Shown here in pieces: positions 1-11,218 of a DNA stretch of 32,000 nt (position 1 is the first letter of the stretch; every line of letters begins with the position of its first letter). A program made the position numbers and the translations under genes. The notes beneath the pieces were generated by a model that searched no databases, was not told where the DNA came from, and saw nothing but the letters and a program-made list of their open reading frames with translations. This DNA comes from a secondary endosymbiont of Trabutina mannipara (lineage in GTDB: Bacteria; Pseudomonadota; Gammaproteobacteria; Enterobacterales; Enterobacteriaceae), in contig NZ_LT594522.1 of NCBI RefSeq assembly GCF_900090215.1, forward strand, positions 210,001 through 242,000, written 5' to 3'.

Positions 1-1
1 C

Positions 2-655
2 AGTCAGGTCTTCTCTACTGCAGAAGACAATCAATCAGCGGTAACTATACATGTATTACAGGGTGAACGTAAACGTGCAGTAGATAATAAATCTTTAGGT
101 CAATTTAATTTAGATGGAATTGCTCCTGCAATGCGCGGTACTCCACAAATTGAAGTCACATTTGATATCGATGCTGATGGTATTCTTCACGTATCTGCTA
201 AAGATAAAAATAGTGGTCGTGAGCAAAAAATTACCATTAAGGCATCCTCAGGTTTAAAAGAGGAAGAAATTCAAAAGATGGTACAAGAAGCAGAAGCAAA
301 TGCAGAATCTGATCGTAAATTTGAAGAATTAGTGCAAATTCGTAATCAAGCAGATCATTTGCTACACAGTACTCGTAAACAGTTAAAAGAATATGGTGCT
401 AAACTCTTAGAAAATGATAAATTAGCTATTGAGGAAGCATTAAAAAATTTAGATACTTCGCTGAAAGGTGAAGTAAAATCTGATATTGAAAATAAAATAC
501 AGCTTTTAATAAAAGTATCTAGCAAATTGATAGAAGTAGCTCAACATCAAAAAAATGAGAAAGATGAAGTTAAAGAAAGCGGGGATAACAATAACGCTAA
601 AACAGAAAATGAAGTTGTTGATGCTGAGTTTGAAGAAGTTAAAGATAAAAAATAA
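2..655 (+). CDS. dnaK: Chaperone DnaK (Hsp70), C-terminal part; 5' end lies outside the window
   Basis: The frame is open from base 2. Translation [26 protein letters not shown]...[27 protein letters not shown] matches the Hsp70 substrate-binding domain and lid. It has an acidic C-terminal tail ending EEVKDKK. dnaJ follows directly, as in the dnaKJ operon. Confidence 0.97.
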   Translation, partial: SQVFSTAEDNQSAVTIHVLQGERKRAVDNKSLGQFNLDGIAPAMRGTPQIEVTFDIDADGILHVSAKDKNSGREQKITIKASSGLKEEEIQKMVQEAEANAESDRKFEELVQIRNQADHLLHSTRKQLKEYGAKLLENDKLAIEEALKNLDTSLKGEVKSDIENKIQLLIKVSSKLIEVAQHQKNEKDEVKESGDNNNAKTENEVVDAEFEEVKDKK

Positions 656-712
656 TAGTAGAGTGGTGCATAGCGGCGCTTAATAACCGCATAATATATT
701 ATAGATAAACAG

Positions 713-744
713 GCACGGGCGTTGAGGTAACTCTGCGCCCGTGT
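713..744 (+). terminator. GC-rich stem-loop in the dnaK-dnaJ spacer (possible attenuator or mRNA-stability hairpin)
   Basis: CACGGGCG (714-721) pairs with CGCCCGTG (736-743) around a 14-nt loop, followed by TAATTATTTTG. It is the only GC-rich element in an otherwise AT-rich 118-bp spacer. Confidence 0.35.
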
Positions 745-773
745 AATTATTTTGATGGCAGGAAGATACGACA

Positions 774-1901
774 ATGGCTAAATCAGACTACTACAAGATT
801 TTAGGCATTTCAAAGAATGCGGAAGATCGTGAAATTAAAAAAGCCTATAAAAGACTGGCTATGAAATTTCATCCAGATCGTAATCAAGGCAATACAGAAG
901 CTGAAGCAAAATTCAAAGAAATTAAAGAAGCCTATGAAGTTTTAGCAGATGCGAAAAAACGTGCTGCTTATGATCAATATGGTCACTCAGCTTTTGAACA
1001 AGGTAGTATGGGTGGAGGTAGTGGAAGTTCTAGCGGAACAGATTTTAGCGAAATATTTGGTGATGTATTTGGTGATATTTTTGGCAGTAGCCGTCGTCAA
1101 AGAACTAAACGTGGATCAGATTTACGCTATGATATAGAGCTTTCTCTTGAAGAGGCAGTGCGCGGTGTAACACGGGAAATCCGTTTTCCTACTCTAGAAG
1201 AGTGTGATATTTGCCATGGCAGTGGTACTAGAAAAGGAACCTCTGCAGTACGTTGTCCTACTTGTAATGGGCAAGGTCAGATACAAATACGCCAGAGTTT
1301 TTTTTCGGTACAACAGACATGTCCTAATTGTCAAGGACAAGGTAAGATCATTAAATATCCTTGTACAAACTGTAACAGTAATGGAAGAGTAGAAAAAGTT
1401 AAGACTATTTCTGTAAAAATTCCTGCTGGAATTGATACTGGTGATCGTATTCGTCTCTCAGGAGAGGGAGAAACTGGTGAGCATAGTGCTGCTGGAGATT
1501 TATATGTGCAAGTACAAGTACGTAAACATCCTCTTTTTAAAAGAGAAGACAATGATCTTTACTGCGAAGTACCGATTAATTTTGCTATGGCAGCACTAGG
1601 AGGAGAAATAGAAGTTCCGACACTTAACAGCCGTGTTAAGTTAAAAATTCCAGCAGAAACGCAGACTGGTAAATTATTTCGCATAAGGGGAAAAGGAGTA
1701 AAATCGGTTCGTGGAGGATCTCAAGGAGATTTACTTTGTAGAGTAGTTGTGGAAACTCCTGTTAAACTTTCTGAACACCAGAAAAAATTGCTACATGAGC
1801 TTGAAAAAAGTTTTCAAGGTTCAATAGGCTATCAAAATAGTCCACGATCAAAAAACTTTTTTGACGGTGTTAAAAAATTTTTTGATGATTTAACCAGTTA
1901 A
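774..1901 (+). CDS. dnaJ: Co-chaperone DnaJ (Hsp40)
   Basis: 375-aa ORF. The J-domain [11 protein letters not shown]...HPDRNQG contains the HPD motif, followed by a Gly/Phe-rich linker. There are four CxxCxGxG-type zinc motifs ([32 protein letters not shown]). It lies immediately after dnaK. Confidence 0.97.
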   Translation: MAKSDYYKILGISKNAEDREIKKAYKRLAMKFHPDRNQGNTEAEAKFKEIKEAYEVLADAKKRAAYDQYGHSAFEQGSMGGGSGSSSGTDFSEIFGDVFGDIFGSSRRQRTKRGSDLRYDIELSLEEAVRGVTREIRFPTLEECDICHGSGTRKGTSAVRCPTCNGQGQIQIRQSFFSVQQTCPNCQGQGKIIKYPCTNCNSNGRVEKVKTISVKIPAGIDTGDRIRLSGEGETGEHSAAGDLYVQVQVRKHPLFKREDNDLYCEVPINFAMAALGGEIEVPTLNSRVKLKIPAETQTGKLFRIRGKGVKSVRGGSQGDLLCRVVVETPVKLSEHQKKLLHELEKSFQGSIGYQNSPRSKNFFDGVKKFFDDLTS

Positions 1902-1970
1902 ATATTAACTTTTTAGAAACTATTTTTAGATTACCTAGTACAATACCGTTGATCTAAATGAAACTAGTTA

Positions 1971-2267
1971 TTAGTTGTTATTGTTGTTTTTGTTATTACT
2001 ATTTTGTAACAAAGTATTAATTTTTGCATTAATAATTGATTTATAACGAGAAGCTTTATTTTTATGTAGTAATCCATTACTCGCCTTACGATCAATAATT
2101 TTTTGCATAACATAAAAAGCATTTTGTGCTGCTTCATTATCTTTTAAAGCAATAGCAGTGTGTACTTTTCTCAATAAAGTTCGCATCATTGAACGATTAC
2201 TTGCATTATATTGACGACGCTTTTCAGATTGTATGGTACGTTTCTTAGCTGATTTAATACTAACCAA
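1971..2267 (-). CDS. rpsT: 30S ribosomal protein S20, probably starting at TTG 2267 rather than the upstream ATG 2300 of the ORF track
   Basis: (M)[29 protein letters not shown] aligns with E. coli S20 [30 protein letters not shown]. TTG at 2265-2267 is preceded by GGAG with a 7-nt spacer. E. coli rpsT is known to use a UUG start. The C-terminus carries an extra Asn/Lys-rich tail, [11 protein letters not shown]. Confidence 0.9.
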   Translation of the reverse strand: MVSIKSAKKRTIQSEKRRQYNASNRSMMRTLLRKVHTAIALKDNEAAQNAFYVMQKIIDRKASNGLLHKNKASRYKSIINAKINTLLQNSNNKNNNNN

Positions 2268-2361
2268 GATTAAACTCCAACAGTTGATTATCTTATACAT
2301 TAGTATACATTATTTTCTTAAATTTAAAATACATTTTTATAGTTTTTGAATCGAGAATAAA

Positions 2362-5184
2362 ATGAATAATTGCAAAAAATATACCATAAATTTACCTTAT
2401 ACAAAATTTCCTATGCGTGGTAATTTAGCTAATCGTGAACCTAATATGCTAGAACGTTGGTATATTAATGATCTTTATGGATTGATTCGTAAATCCAGAA
2501 AAGGTAAAGAAAAATTTATTTTACATGATGGACCTCCGTATGCAAACGGTAGTATTCATATTGGTCATTCAGTTAATAAAATTCTTAAAGATATTATTAT
2601 TAAATCTAAAATATTAATGGGTTATGACTCTCCCTATGTCCCAGGTTGGGATTGTCATGGTTTACCAATTGAATTAAAAGTAGAACAACTTATCGGTAAA
2701 CCTGGTAATAAAGTAAATACTTCTGATTTCAGAGTGGCATGTAGAAAATACGCTGCAAAACAGGTAGAAAAGCAAAAAAGAGATTTTATGCGCTTAGGTA
2801 TACTAGGTGACTGGAAGCACCCTTACCTAACAATGAATTTTATTACCGAAGCCAATACTATTCGTGCATTTGGTAAGATTATTGCCAACGGTTACTTGTA
2901 TAAAGGGGCTAAACCAGTACATTGGTGTATTGATTGTTGCTCTGCACTTGCAGAATCAGAAATTGAATATTATGAACAGACTTCACCGTCTATTGACGTT
3001 ACTTTTGAAGCTGCAGATTCTCTTTCTTTAGCAAAAAAATTTCAGGCTAATAATTTCACAGGTAAAATTTCAATAGTAATTTGGACAACTACACCCTGGA
3101 CTCTACCAGCAAATCGTGCTATCGCGATTAACCCTAATTTAAACTATCAATTAGTAGAAATTAATGGAAAAGGTTATATTTTAGCAGCTGACTTAGTTAA
3201 AAATTTAATTATACGTACCAATATTCAGCACTGGAAAATAATAGGAGTTCCTACTAAAGGAAGTAATCTTGAGTTACTTAAATTTCGTCATCCTTTTATG
3301 GACTTTAATGTATCAATTATACTGAGCAATCATGTAACTTTATCTACTGGTACAGGAGCTGTACATATAGCTCCTGGGCACGGTTTAGAAGATTATATTC
3401 TTAGCCAAAAATATGGTTTAGAAGTTACAAATTTAGTAGGTCCTGATGGTTATTATCTATCTGGTATTTTAAAGGAACTTGACGGTATACAATTTTTAAA
3501 AGCAAATGATATAGTTATCGAAATACTACGCGCTAAAGAAGCTATAATGCATGCAGATAAACTGCAACACAGTTATTCATACTGCTGGCGTCATAAAACA
3601 CCAATTATCTTTCGTACTACTCCCCAGTGGTTCATCAGTCTAGATCTACTAAATTTACGTAAAAATACGTTAGAAGAAATTAAAAAAGTAAATTGGATTC
3701 CTAATTGTGGTCAGGAAAGAATTAAAAATATGGTAGCCAATTGTCCAGATTGGTGTATTTCACGTCAGCGTATTTGGGGGGTACCAATGGTCTTATTCGT
3801 GCATAAGAAGACTCAATTATTACATCCCAGCACTATAGAAATAATAGAAAAAGTAGCAAAAATGGTAGAAAAAAAAGGCGTACAAGCATGGTGGGATTTA
3901 AATCCCATCAATCTTCTTGGTGAAGATGCTATTCATTACCATAAAGTGCCAGATACACTTGATGTTTGGTTTGATTCTGGTTCTACATATTTTTCTGTAG
4001 TTTCAGTACATCCAGATTTTGAAAAAGCTACACCAGATCTGTATTTAGAAGGTTATGACCAACATCGTGGTTGGTTTATGTCATCATTGATAATTTCAAC
4101 TGCTATATACGGTAAGGCACCATATCGTCAGGTACTTACCCACGGATTTATTGTGGACGAAAAAAGTAGAAAAATGTCAAAATCATTGGGTAATGTAGTA
4201 AGTCCTCAACAAATTGTAGATAAACTAGGAGCTGATATATTGCGACTATGGGTAGCTTCATCAGATTACACAGGAGAGATGGCAATATCTAATGAAATAC
4301 TTAAAAGAGCAGTAGATATTTATCGTCGTATACGTAATACAATACGTTTTCTACTAGCTAATTTAAACTTTTTTGATCCCAACAAACATATTGTTAATCC
4401 TGAACACATGGTATTATTAGACCGTTGGGCCGTTAGCTGTGCTTTAACGGCCCAGGAAGAAATTATAGCTGCTTACAATAGATATGATTTTCATAATGTT
4501 ATACAACGCATAATGCAATTTTGTTCAATTGAGATGGGTTCTTTTTATCTAGATATTATTAAAGATCGTCAGTATACAGCTAAAGCTGACAGTATTGCAC
4601 GTCGCAGTTGTCAAACTGCATTATACCATATTTGCGAGGCAATTGTTCGTTGGATAGCACCTATTATGTCGTTTACTGCTGATGAAATTTGGGAATTTAT
4701 GCCTGGAAAAAGAATGCAGTATGTATTTACAGAAGAATGGTATAAAGGACTATTTAAACTAGATTATAACCAACCATTTAATGATAAATATTGGCGTACC
4801 TTGCTAAAAGTACGTAATGAAACTAATAAAATTATAGAAATTGCACGTGCTGATAAGCGTATTTGTGCTTCACTAGAAGCTAGTGTTACGCTTTATGCTA
4901 AACCTTCTCTTGCTACTTTGCTGCGTAAAGTAGGTAATGAACTTTATTTTGCTTTGCTAACTTCAAATGCAGTGGTAGCAGATTATGATGCTGCTGGAAA
5001 TGATGCTATGCAGTGTCAAGGATTAAAAGGTTTAAAAATTACCTTAGAAAGGGCTGTTGGAAAAAAATGTCAGCGCTGCTGGCATTATGAATTAAATATT
5101 GGTCAAAATACTAATTATCCAGAAATATGTAGTCGTTGTGTTACCAACATTGCTGGATATGGTGAAAAACGTAAGTTTATATGA
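2362..5184 (+). CDS. ileS: Isoleucine--tRNA ligase
   Basis: 940-aa ORF. The N-terminus [20 protein letters not shown], the HIGH motif (SIHIGHS), the KMSKS motif and the C-terminal zinc knuckles CQRCWHY...CSRC all match class I IleRS. Its length is close to the E. coli enzyme. Confidence 0.98.
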   Translation: MNNCKKYTINLPYTKFPMRGNLANREPNMLERWYINDLYGLIRKSRKGKEKFILHDGPPYANGSIHIGHSVNKILKDIIIKSKILMGYDSPYVPGWDCHGLPIELKVEQLIGKPGNKVNTSDFRVACRKYAAKQVEKQKRDFMRLGILGDWKHPYLTMNFITEANTIRAFGKIIANGYLYKGAKPVHWCIDCCSALAESEIEYYEQTSPSIDVTFEAADSLSLAKKFQANNFTGKISIVIWTTTPWTLPANRAIAINPNLNYQLVEINGKGYILAADLVKNLIIRTNIQHWKIIGVPTKGSNLELLKFRHPFMDFNVSIILSNHVTLSTGTGAVHIAPGHGLEDYILSQKYGLEVTNLVGPDGYYLSGILKELDGIQFLKANDIVIEILRAKEAIMHADKLQHSYSYCWRHKTPIIFRTTPQWFISLDLLNLRKNTLEEIKKVNWIPNCGQERIKNMVANCPDWCISRQRIWGVPMVLFVHKKTQLLHPSTIEIIEKVAKMVEKKGVQAWWDLNPINLLGEDAIHYHKVPDTLDVWFDSGSTYFSVVSVHPDFEKATPDLYLEGYDQHRGWFMSSLIISTAIYGKAPYRQVLTHGFIVDEKSRKMSKSLGNVVSPQQIVDKLGADILRLWVASSDYTGEMAISNEILKRAVDIYRRIRNTIRFLLANLNFFDPNKHIVNPEHMVLLDRWAVSCALTAQEEIIAAYNRYDFHNVIQRIMQFCSIEMGSFYLDIIKDRQYTAKADSIARRSCQTALYHICEAIVRWIAPIMSFTADEIWEFMPGKRMQYVFTEEWYKGLFKLDYNQPFNDKYWRTLLKVRNETNKIIEIARADKRICASLEASVTLYAKPSLATLLRKVGNELYFALLTSNAVVADYDAAGNDAMQCQGLKGLKITLERAVGKKCQRCWHYELNIGQNTNYPEICSRCVTNIAGYGEKRKFI

Positions 5185-5353
5185 TAAATAATAAGGTTTT
5201 TATTTGTAATAGCTTTAATAAATGCTAGTTCTATACTAGAATTTTTACTAGCGAGAATACTAAAATCATAAATTACCACAAATGGTGGAACTAGTTAGAT
5301 AAAAAAAATTTTCCAGCTAAATCAGTAATTTTATTGCAATTATTAGCTAGTGT

Positions 5354-5387
5354 AAAATAATACAAACCTTAAAATAATACAAACCTT
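5354..5387. repeat. Perfect 17-bp tandem duplication (AAAATAATACAAACCTT x2) in the ileS-recA spacer
   Basis: Copy 1 is 5354-5370 and copy 2 is 5371-5387. They are identical and directly adjacent. Confidence 0.9.
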
Positions 5388-5573
5388 TAAGATAGAACTT
5401 AAATGTTAAAAACATAATTTCAAATTTAACAATCAGTTTTGATAAATAGCTCTATATACATAAATTAATTATTATATGTAGAGGTTTCAATTTTACGGAT
5501 GTTTTATAACTTAAGTTCTCTAACTAAAATAGTAAATTATTTGTTTTAAAAGATTCCTTCTTAATACTAAGAC

Positions 5574-5593
5574 TGCTGTATATATTTTAAATT
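5574..5593 (+). promoter_or_regulatory. Degenerate LexA (SOS) box upstream of recA: left half intact, right half lost
   Basis: TGCTGTATATATTTTAAATT compared with consensus TACTGTATATATATACAGTA. The CTGTATATAT half is conserved (CTGT at 5576-5579), but TAAA replaces the ACAG half-site. It lies about 50 nt upstream of the recA ATG, where the E. coli recA operator sits. Confidence 0.35.
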
Positions 5594-5641
5594 AATTATG
5601 GTTGACAAATAATAGCGATATCTAGATTTAGAGGAGTCAAA

Positions 5642-6634
5642 ATGGTTATTGATGAAAATAAACAAAAAGCATTATCTGAAGCATTAAACCAGATTGAAAA
5701 ACAATTTGGTAAAGGATCAATAATGCGTCTAGGTGAAGATTGCTCTATGAATGTTGAAACAATATCTACAGGTTCTTTATCTCTAGATATCGCTTTGGGA
5801 GCTGGTGGTTTACCTATGGGACGTATCGTAGAAATATACGGTCCTGAATCATCAGGTAAAACAACTCTGACTCTGCAAGTTATCGCTTCAGCACAGCGTA
5901 AAAATAAAACCTGTGCATTTATTGATGCTGAACACGCTCTTGATCCTATATACGCTAAAAAACTGGGGGTGGATATTGATAATCTTCTGTGCTCTCAGCC
6001 AGATACTGGAGAACAAGCTTTAGAAATATGTGATGCCCTTACTCGTTCTGGTGCAGTAGATGTCATTGTTGTTGATTCTGTTGCAGCATTAACGCCAAAA
6101 GCAGAAATTGAGGGTGAAATAGGTGATTCCCATATGGGACTAGCTGCTCGCATGATGAGTCAAGCAATGAGAAAGTTGGCAGTAAATTTAAAAAACGCTA
6201 ATACTCTACTGATTTTTATTAATCAGATACGTATGAAGATCGGCGTTATGTTTGGTAATTTAGAAACTACGACTGGGGGCAATGCTCTAAAATTTTACGC
6301 ATCAGTTCGTCTAGATATCCGTCGTATTGGTTCAGTAAAAGAAGGAGATGTAGTAGTTGGCAGTGAAACACGAGTTAAAGTTGTAAAAAACAAAATTGCT
6401 GCTCCTTTTAAACAGGCAGAATTTCAAATATTGTACAGTGAAGGAATTAATATCTACGGTGAACTTATTGATATAGGCGTAAAACATAATTTAATTGAAA
6501 AATCTGGTACCTGGTATAGTTATAATGGTGAAAAAATTGGTCAAGGTAAGACTAATGCATGCAATTTTTTGCATAAAAAATTAGAATTAGCGGCAGAAAT
6601 AGATAATAAATTACGTGATATGCTGTTGTTATGA
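5642..6634 (+). CDS. recA: Recombinase RecA (lacks the acidic C-terminal tail of E. coli RecA)
   Basis: 330-aa [36 protein letters not shown] matches the E. coli N-terminus, and the Walker A motif GPESSGKT is present. It is close to E. coli RecA along its length up to ...KLRDMLLL, where it stops. A GAGGAG ribosome-binding site lies at 5631-5636. Confidence 0.98.
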   Translation: MVIDENKQKALSEALNQIEKQFGKGSIMRLGEDCSMNVETISTGSLSLDIALGAGGLPMGRIVEIYGPESSGKTTLTLQVIASAQRKNKTCAFIDAEHALDPIYAKKLGVDIDNLLCSQPDTGEQALEICDALTRSGAVDVIVVDSVAALTPKAEIEGEIGDSHMGLAARMMSQAMRKLAVNLKNANTLLIFINQIRMKIGVMFGNLETTTGGNALKFYASVRLDIRRIGSVKEGDVVVGSETRVKVVKNKIAAPFKQAEFQILYSEGINIYGELIDIGVKHNLIEKSGTWYSYNGEKIGQGKTNACNFLHKKLELAAEIDNKLRDMLLL

Positions 6635-6700
6635 AGTTAATAAATAAAAATTTACCTATTTTCTTAAATTTTGCATAATTTATAATTAATCGAGATAACT

Positions 6701-9334
6701 ATGAGTAATAGCACCGATGATATACGTCAGAAATTTATCAATTTTTTTAATAGCAAAGAACATCAACTTGTTGCAAGTAGTTCATTGGTACCTAATAACG
6801 ATCCAACATTGCTTTTTACTAATGCAGGTATGAATCAGTTTAAAGATGTCTTTTTAGGACTAGATAATCGTTCTTACAGAAGAGCTACTACATCACAGCG
6901 CTGTGTACGTGCTGGTGGAAAGCATAACGATTTGGAAAATGTAGGTTATACGACGCGTCACCATACTTTTTTTGAGATGTTAGGCAATTTTAGCTTTGGA
7001 GATTATTTTAAATATGATGCTATACGATTTGCATGGGAATTATTAACTAGTGAACAATGGTTTAATCTACCAAAAGATAAATTATGGGTTACAGTTTATG
7101 CTACCGATTATGAATCATATAATATATGGGCCAATGATATTGGGGTCCCTTTAAAGCATATTATTCGTATTGGTGATAATAAAGGCATCGCTTATAACTC
7201 TGATAATTTTTGGAAAATGGGCGAAACTGGTCCTTGCGGTCCATGTTCAGAAATATTTTACGATCATGGTAATCATATATTAGGAAATCCACCGGGAAGC
7301 ATAGATAAAAATGGCGATCGTTACATTGAAATTTGGAACTTGGTATTTATGCAATTTAACCGTCATACTGACGGAACTCTGCTTCTTTTACCCAAACCTT
7401 CAGTAGATACTGGTATGGGACTAGAGCGTATTGCTGCAGTATTGCAAAATGTTGATTCAAATTATGATATAGACTTTTTTAAAAAAATTATTGACGCTGC
7501 AGCCTGGGCAACAGGCACAAATAACCTTAATAGCAAATCTTTACGTGTTATTGCTGATCATATTCGTTCTTGCGCTTTCATTATTAGCGACGGAGTTGTA
7601 CCTTCAAACGAAGGTAGAGGATATGTATTACGCCGTATTATTCGGCGTGCTCTTCGCCATGGAAATATACTAGGAGTTAGCAATACTTTTTTTTACAAGC
7701 TAGTTGCACCACTTATCGAAGTAATGGGTAATGTTGCTGGTAACTTAAAACTACAAAGATCAATAGTAGAACAAATTCTTCGTACTGAAGAAGAGCAATT
7801 TAATCGCACAATTAAACGTGGATTAACGCTATTAGATGAAGAGCTAGAAAAATTGACTGGTGATACTCTTAATGGAGAAACTGCTTTTCGTCTTTATGAT
7901 ACTTATGGTTTCCCTCTAGATTTTACTTTAGATATTTGTCGTGAACGTAACTTATCTGTTGATAAAGCAGGATTTAAATCAGCTCTAGAAGCACAACGTA
8001 AAAAAGCTCGCGATTCACGCCATTTTAGCTTTGACTACAACAGTCATATACTGCTGCAGCAAGTAGAAGAAATATCTTCATTTATTGGATATGAACAGCT
8101 TAAACATCAGAGTATAGTAATAGCTATATTCCGTAATGGTCATCGAGTTAATATAATATTTAATGGAGAAGAAGCAATAATAGTACTTAAAGAAACACCA
8201 TTTTATAGTGAGATGGGTGGCCAGATTGGAGACCAAGGTGAATTAAAAGCAGCTTCTGGAATCTTTCAAGTAACAGATACTCAGAAATACGGTAGAGCAA
8301 TCTGCCACTTAGGTAAAATTAATTATGGTGAAATAAGATTAGGTATGAATGTTACCGCACAAGTAAATGATCTTCTTCGTAAGAAGATTTGCTTAAATCA
8401 CTCTGCTACACATTTATTACATGCAGCGTTGCGTCAGGTGCTTGGTCCACATATTAAACAAAAAAGCTCGTCAGTAAAAGATAAATACTTACGTTTTGAT
8501 TTTTTACATAGTAAAGCTATGGAACTAGAACAAATACGCCAGGTAGAAAAAATTGTAAATAAGCAGATAAGACGTAATATATCTATTAAAACAGAAATTT
8601 TAACTCTGGAAGAAGCATGTAAAAAAGGAGCAATAGCGTTATTTAACGATAAATATGTTAGAATGCTGAGTATTGGAGATTTTTCTAAAGAATTGTGTGG
8701 AGGAACTCACGCCAACCGTACTGGAGATATTGGAATCTTTAGTATTACTAAAGAATCAGGAATAGCTGCGAATATACGTCGTATTGAAGCTGTTACTGGA
8801 GAAGAAGCCATAATATTATTTAATAATCAAAATAATTTATTGAACCAAGTTACAAAATTAATAAAAAGTGACAGCAAAACAATAGTTAATAAGGTACGAG
8901 CACTGCAGGAACATTCTCGCCAGTTAGAAAAAGATATTCAAGAATTGAAAAATAAATATGCAACACAAATAGTGATATCTATCATCCAGAATGTTCGCAA
9001 TATTAAAGGAGTTAAAGTTTTAGTAACTAAATTAGATAACATTGAATATAAAGTTTTACGTATTATGGTAGATCATTTAAAAAATAAACTTGGTTCTGCT
9101 GTTATTGTTCTTGCTACAACGATAGCAGGTAAAATATACATAATAGCAGGTGTAACTAAAGATTTAATTGAGAGGATTAAAGCATATGATATTGTTATTC
9201 ATATAGCACAACAGGTAGGTGTAAAAGGTGGTGGCAGAGCCGATATAGCACAGGCTAGCGGTAAGAATAATAATACTACTACATTATCAACTGTATTAGA
9301 AAATGTAGATGCTATAATAGCTGTAAGTATTTAA
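6701..9334 (+). CDS. alaS: Alanine--tRNA ligase
   Basis: 877-aa ORF. The N-terminus ...[42 protein letters not shown], the segment [16 protein letters not shown] and the editing-domain HSATHLLH...CGGTH motifs match AlaRS. The recA-alaS-csrA order is as in E. coli. Confidence 0.98.
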   Translation: MSNSTDDIRQKFINFFNSKEHQLVASSSLVPNNDPTLLFTNAGMNQFKDVFLGLDNRSYRRATTSQRCVRAGGKHNDLENVGYTTRHHTFFEMLGNFSFGDYFKYDAIRFAWELLTSEQWFNLPKDKLWVTVYATDYESYNIWANDIGVPLKHIIRIGDNKGIAYNSDNFWKMGETGPCGPCSEIFYDHGNHILGNPPGSIDKNGDRYIEIWNLVFMQFNRHTDGTLLLLPKPSVDTGMGLERIAAVLQNVDSNYDIDFFKKIIDAAAWATGTNNLNSKSLRVIADHIRSCAFIISDGVVPSNEGRGYVLRRIIRRALRHGNILGVSNTFFYKLVAPLIEVMGNVAGNLKLQRSIVEQILRTEEEQFNRTIKRGLTLLDEELEKLTGDTLNGETAFRLYDTYGFPLDFTLDICRERNLSVDKAGFKSALEAQRKKARDSRHFSFDYNSHILLQQVEEISSFIGYEQLKHQSIVIAIFRNGHRVNIIFNGEEAIIVLKETPFYSEMGGQIGDQGELKAASGIFQVTDTQKYGRAICHLGKINYGEIRLGMNVTAQVNDLLRKKICLNHSATHLLHAALRQVLGPHIKQKSSSVKDKYLRFDFLHSKAMELEQIRQVEKIVNKQIRRNISIKTEILTLEEACKKGAIALFNDKYVRMLSIGDFSKELCGGTHANRTGDIGIFSITKESGIAANIRRIEAVTGEEAIILFNNQNNLLNQVTKLIKSDSKTIVNKVRALQEHSRQLEKDIQELKNKYATQIVISIIQNVRNIKGVKVLVTKLDNIEYKVLRIMVDHLKNKLGSAVIVLATTIAGKIYIIAGVTKDLIERIKAYDIVIHIAQQVGVKGGGRADIAQASGKNNNTTTLSTVLENVDAIIAVSI

Positions 9335-9364
9335 ATAGATTTTTAAAAAAAATTAAAGGAAAAA

Positions 9365-9544
9365 ATGCTTATTTTAAATCGAAAAGTTGGTGAAACTTTA
9401 ATAATTAGTAATAGTAATGTAACTATGGTTACTGTTTTAAGCATTAAAGGTAACAAAGTTCGTATTGGTGTTAATGCTCCTAAAGAAATTTCTGTGTATA
9501 GAGAAGAAATATATCAACGTCTTCAAGATAATACAAAATCGTAA
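9365..9544 (+). CDS. csrA: Carbon storage regulator CsrA (59 aa; below the ORF-track length cutoff)
   Basis: ATG is at 9365 and TAA at 9542-9544. [59 protein letters not shown] aligns with E. coli Csr[53 protein letters not shown]. It sits between alaS and tRNA-Ser as in E. coli. Confidence 0.95.
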   Translation: MLILNRKVGETLIISNSNVTMVTVLSIKGNKVRIGVNAPKEISVYREEIYQRLQDNTKS

Positions 9545-9645
9545 AAAAATCTTTATTTTCATAAAATACATATATAATTTTATTAATTAACCATAATTGT
9601 TACTAAACATTAATTTTAAATTTATTATTGTACTATCAAATTATT

Positions 9646-9675
9646 TTGACTTATCAAAGCTATATAAATTAATAT
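9646..9675 (+). promoter_or_regulatory. Candidate sigma70 promoter for the tRNA-Ser/tRNA-Arg pair
   Basis: TTGACT (9646-9651), an 18-nt spacer, then TAATAT (9670-9675), about 30 nt upstream of the tRNA-Ser 5' end. The -10-like hexamers are common in this AT-rich DNA, so support is weak. Confidence 0.3.
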
Positions 9676-9704
9676 ATAGAATTATGCATGTAGTTTTCAT
9701 TATT

Positions 9705-9797
9705 GGTGAGGTGGCCGAGAGGCTGAAGGCGCTCCCCTGCTAAGGGAGTATACAATCAAAAGCTGTATCGAGGGTTCGAATCCCTCCCTCGCCGCCA
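9705..9797 (+). tRNA. serV: tRNA-Ser, anticodon GCU (long variable arm, CCA encoded)
   Basis: GGTGAGGTGGCCGAGAGGCTGAAGGCGCTCCCCTGCTAAGGGAG...GGTTCGAATCCCTCCCTCGCCGCCA. The anticodon loop CTGCTAA sits between the CTCCC/GGGAG stem. It is nearly identical to E. coli serV and in the same position downstream of csrA. Confidence 0.95.
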
Positions 9798-9807
9798 TAT
9801 ACACAAT

Positions 9808-9881
9808 GCATCCGTAGCTCAGTTGGATAGAGTACTCGGCTACGAACCGAGCGGTCGGAGGTTCAAATCCTCCCGGATGCA
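9808..9881 (+). tRNA. argV: tRNA-Arg, anticodon ACG (3' CCA not encoded)
   Basis: GCATCCGTAGCTCAGTTGGATAGAGTACTCGGCTACGAACCGAGCGGTCGGAGGTTCAAATCCTCCCGGATGCA. The anticodon loop CTACGAA sits between the CTCGG/CCGAG stem. The discriminator A is followed by TTA rather than CCA. Confidence 0.95.
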
Positions 9882-9934
9882 TTATCTATCTTAGAAGTAA
9901 GGTTTACAATACAGACCCACAATGGTCTAGCATA

Positions 9935-11218
9935 TTAAGTTATTTTCCAGTGAAGCAGAAAATTATGTTTTTTACCCTTTCGTAACAAGGTATAACTTCC
10001 ATATAGCTTGTCATATTCATTAAATACATAATCTTCAGATGTTTGTTTTTTACCATTTATAGAAATAGCATGGGACTTTATCAGAATACGAGCCTGTCTT
10101 CTCGAGATTGCTATATCAGATGTTAACAACGCTTGCTGTAAATCTATATTACGTTCAATAACTACTGTAGGTATGCCGTCTTGTGCCATTTGATCTAAAT
10201 CAGCTTTAGTTAGATTTGCTATAGTTCCTGTAAAAATGCTGGCAGTAATACGTTTTGCAGTTGCTAAACCATGTTTACCATGAATTATACGAGTTATCTC
10301 TTCTGCTAGAATATATTGGGCGCTGGGTGCTTTAGATCCTCTATCTAGATCTGCTTGTTCTATCGCTTCTATTGTCGCTAATTCTAGAAATGTAAAAATT
10401 TTTAAAAATCGATATACGTCGCTATCAGCCGTATTAATCCAGAATTGATAGAATTTATATGGGCTAGTTTTATTTGGATCTATCCAAATAGTATCAGACT
10501 CGGTTTTACCGAATTTATTACCGTTTTTTTTATTTATAATTGGTAATGTAAGACCATATACAGTATGGTTATTTAACCTACGTGTTAAATCAATACCAGA
10601 AGTAATATTTCCCCATTGATCAGATCCTCCAATCTGGAGTGCTACGCCATACTTCTTGTTAAGATAGGCAAAATCATAACCTTGTAAAACATTATAGGAA
10701 AACTCTGTAAAAGAAATACCATTATTAGCACGTTTAAAACGTTGCTTTACCGTTTCTTTTTTAATCATCTGATTAACAGAAAAATATTTACCAATATATC
10801 GCAAAAATGTAAGTACGCTTATGGAGCGAAACCAATCATAATTGTTTACAACAATAGCGCTATTATTACCACAGTTAAAATCTAGAATTGATGACACTTG
10901 ATATTTAATTTTTTCTACCCATTCACGAATACTTTCCACAGTATTAAGCTTACGTTCAGTAGTTTTATAACTAGGATCTCCAATAAGACCTGTGGCACCA
11001 CCAACTAATGCGATAGGACGGTGACCAGCTAATTGAAAGTGTTTAAGGCAAAATAATGGTACTAAATGTCCCAAATGTAAGCTGTCAGAGGTGGGATCGA
11101 AACCACAATAGAAAACTATTGGTCCTGAATTTAATCGATCAGCTAGCTCTTTTTTATTTGTAATTTGGGCAATAAATCCTCGTTTATGCAATTTTTGCAG
11201 AAGGTTATTGCTTACCAT
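9935..11218 (-). CDS. tyrS: Tyrosine--tRNA ligase
   Basis: 427-aa ORF. The segment ...[18 protein letters not shown] contains the HIGH-type motif, and KFGKT is the KMSKS-type motif. The C-terminal S4-like domain ends [14 protein letters not shown]. It is collinear with E. coli TyrRS. Confidence 0.98.
   Translation of the reverse strand: MVSNNLLQKLHKRGFIAQITNKKELADRLNSGPIVFYCGFDPTSDSLHLGHLVPLFCLKHFQLAGHRPIALVGGATGLIGDPSYKTTERKLNTVESIREWVEKIKYQVSSILDFNCGNNSAIVVNNYDWFRSISVLTFLRYIGKYFSVNQMIKKETVKQRFKRANNGISFTEFSYNVLQGYDFAYLNKKYGVALQIGGSDQWGNITSGIDLTRRLNNHTVYGLTLPIINKKNGNKFGKTESDTIWIDPNKTSPYKFYQFWINTADSDVYRFLKIFTFLELATIEAIEQADLDRGSKAPSAQYILAEEITRIIHGKHGLATAKRITASIFTGTIANLTKADLDQMAQDGIPTVVIERNIDLQQALLTSDIAISRRQARILIKSHAISINGKKQTSEDYVFNEYDKLYGSYTLLRKGKKHNFLLHWKIT

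Noticed and set aside
5602-5607. Perfect TTGACA hexamer as the recA -35 element
   Set aside because: It lies only 35 nt before the ATG. A -10 element at proper spacing would put the transcription start inside or after the GAGGAG ribosome-binding site. It is probably fortuitous.
9700-9882. 60-aa minus-strand ORF (MHPGGFEPPTARF...)
   Set aside because: It lies exactly opposite tRNA-Ser and tRNA-Arg. The GC-rich, stop-poor tRNA sequence keeps the antisense frame open by chance.
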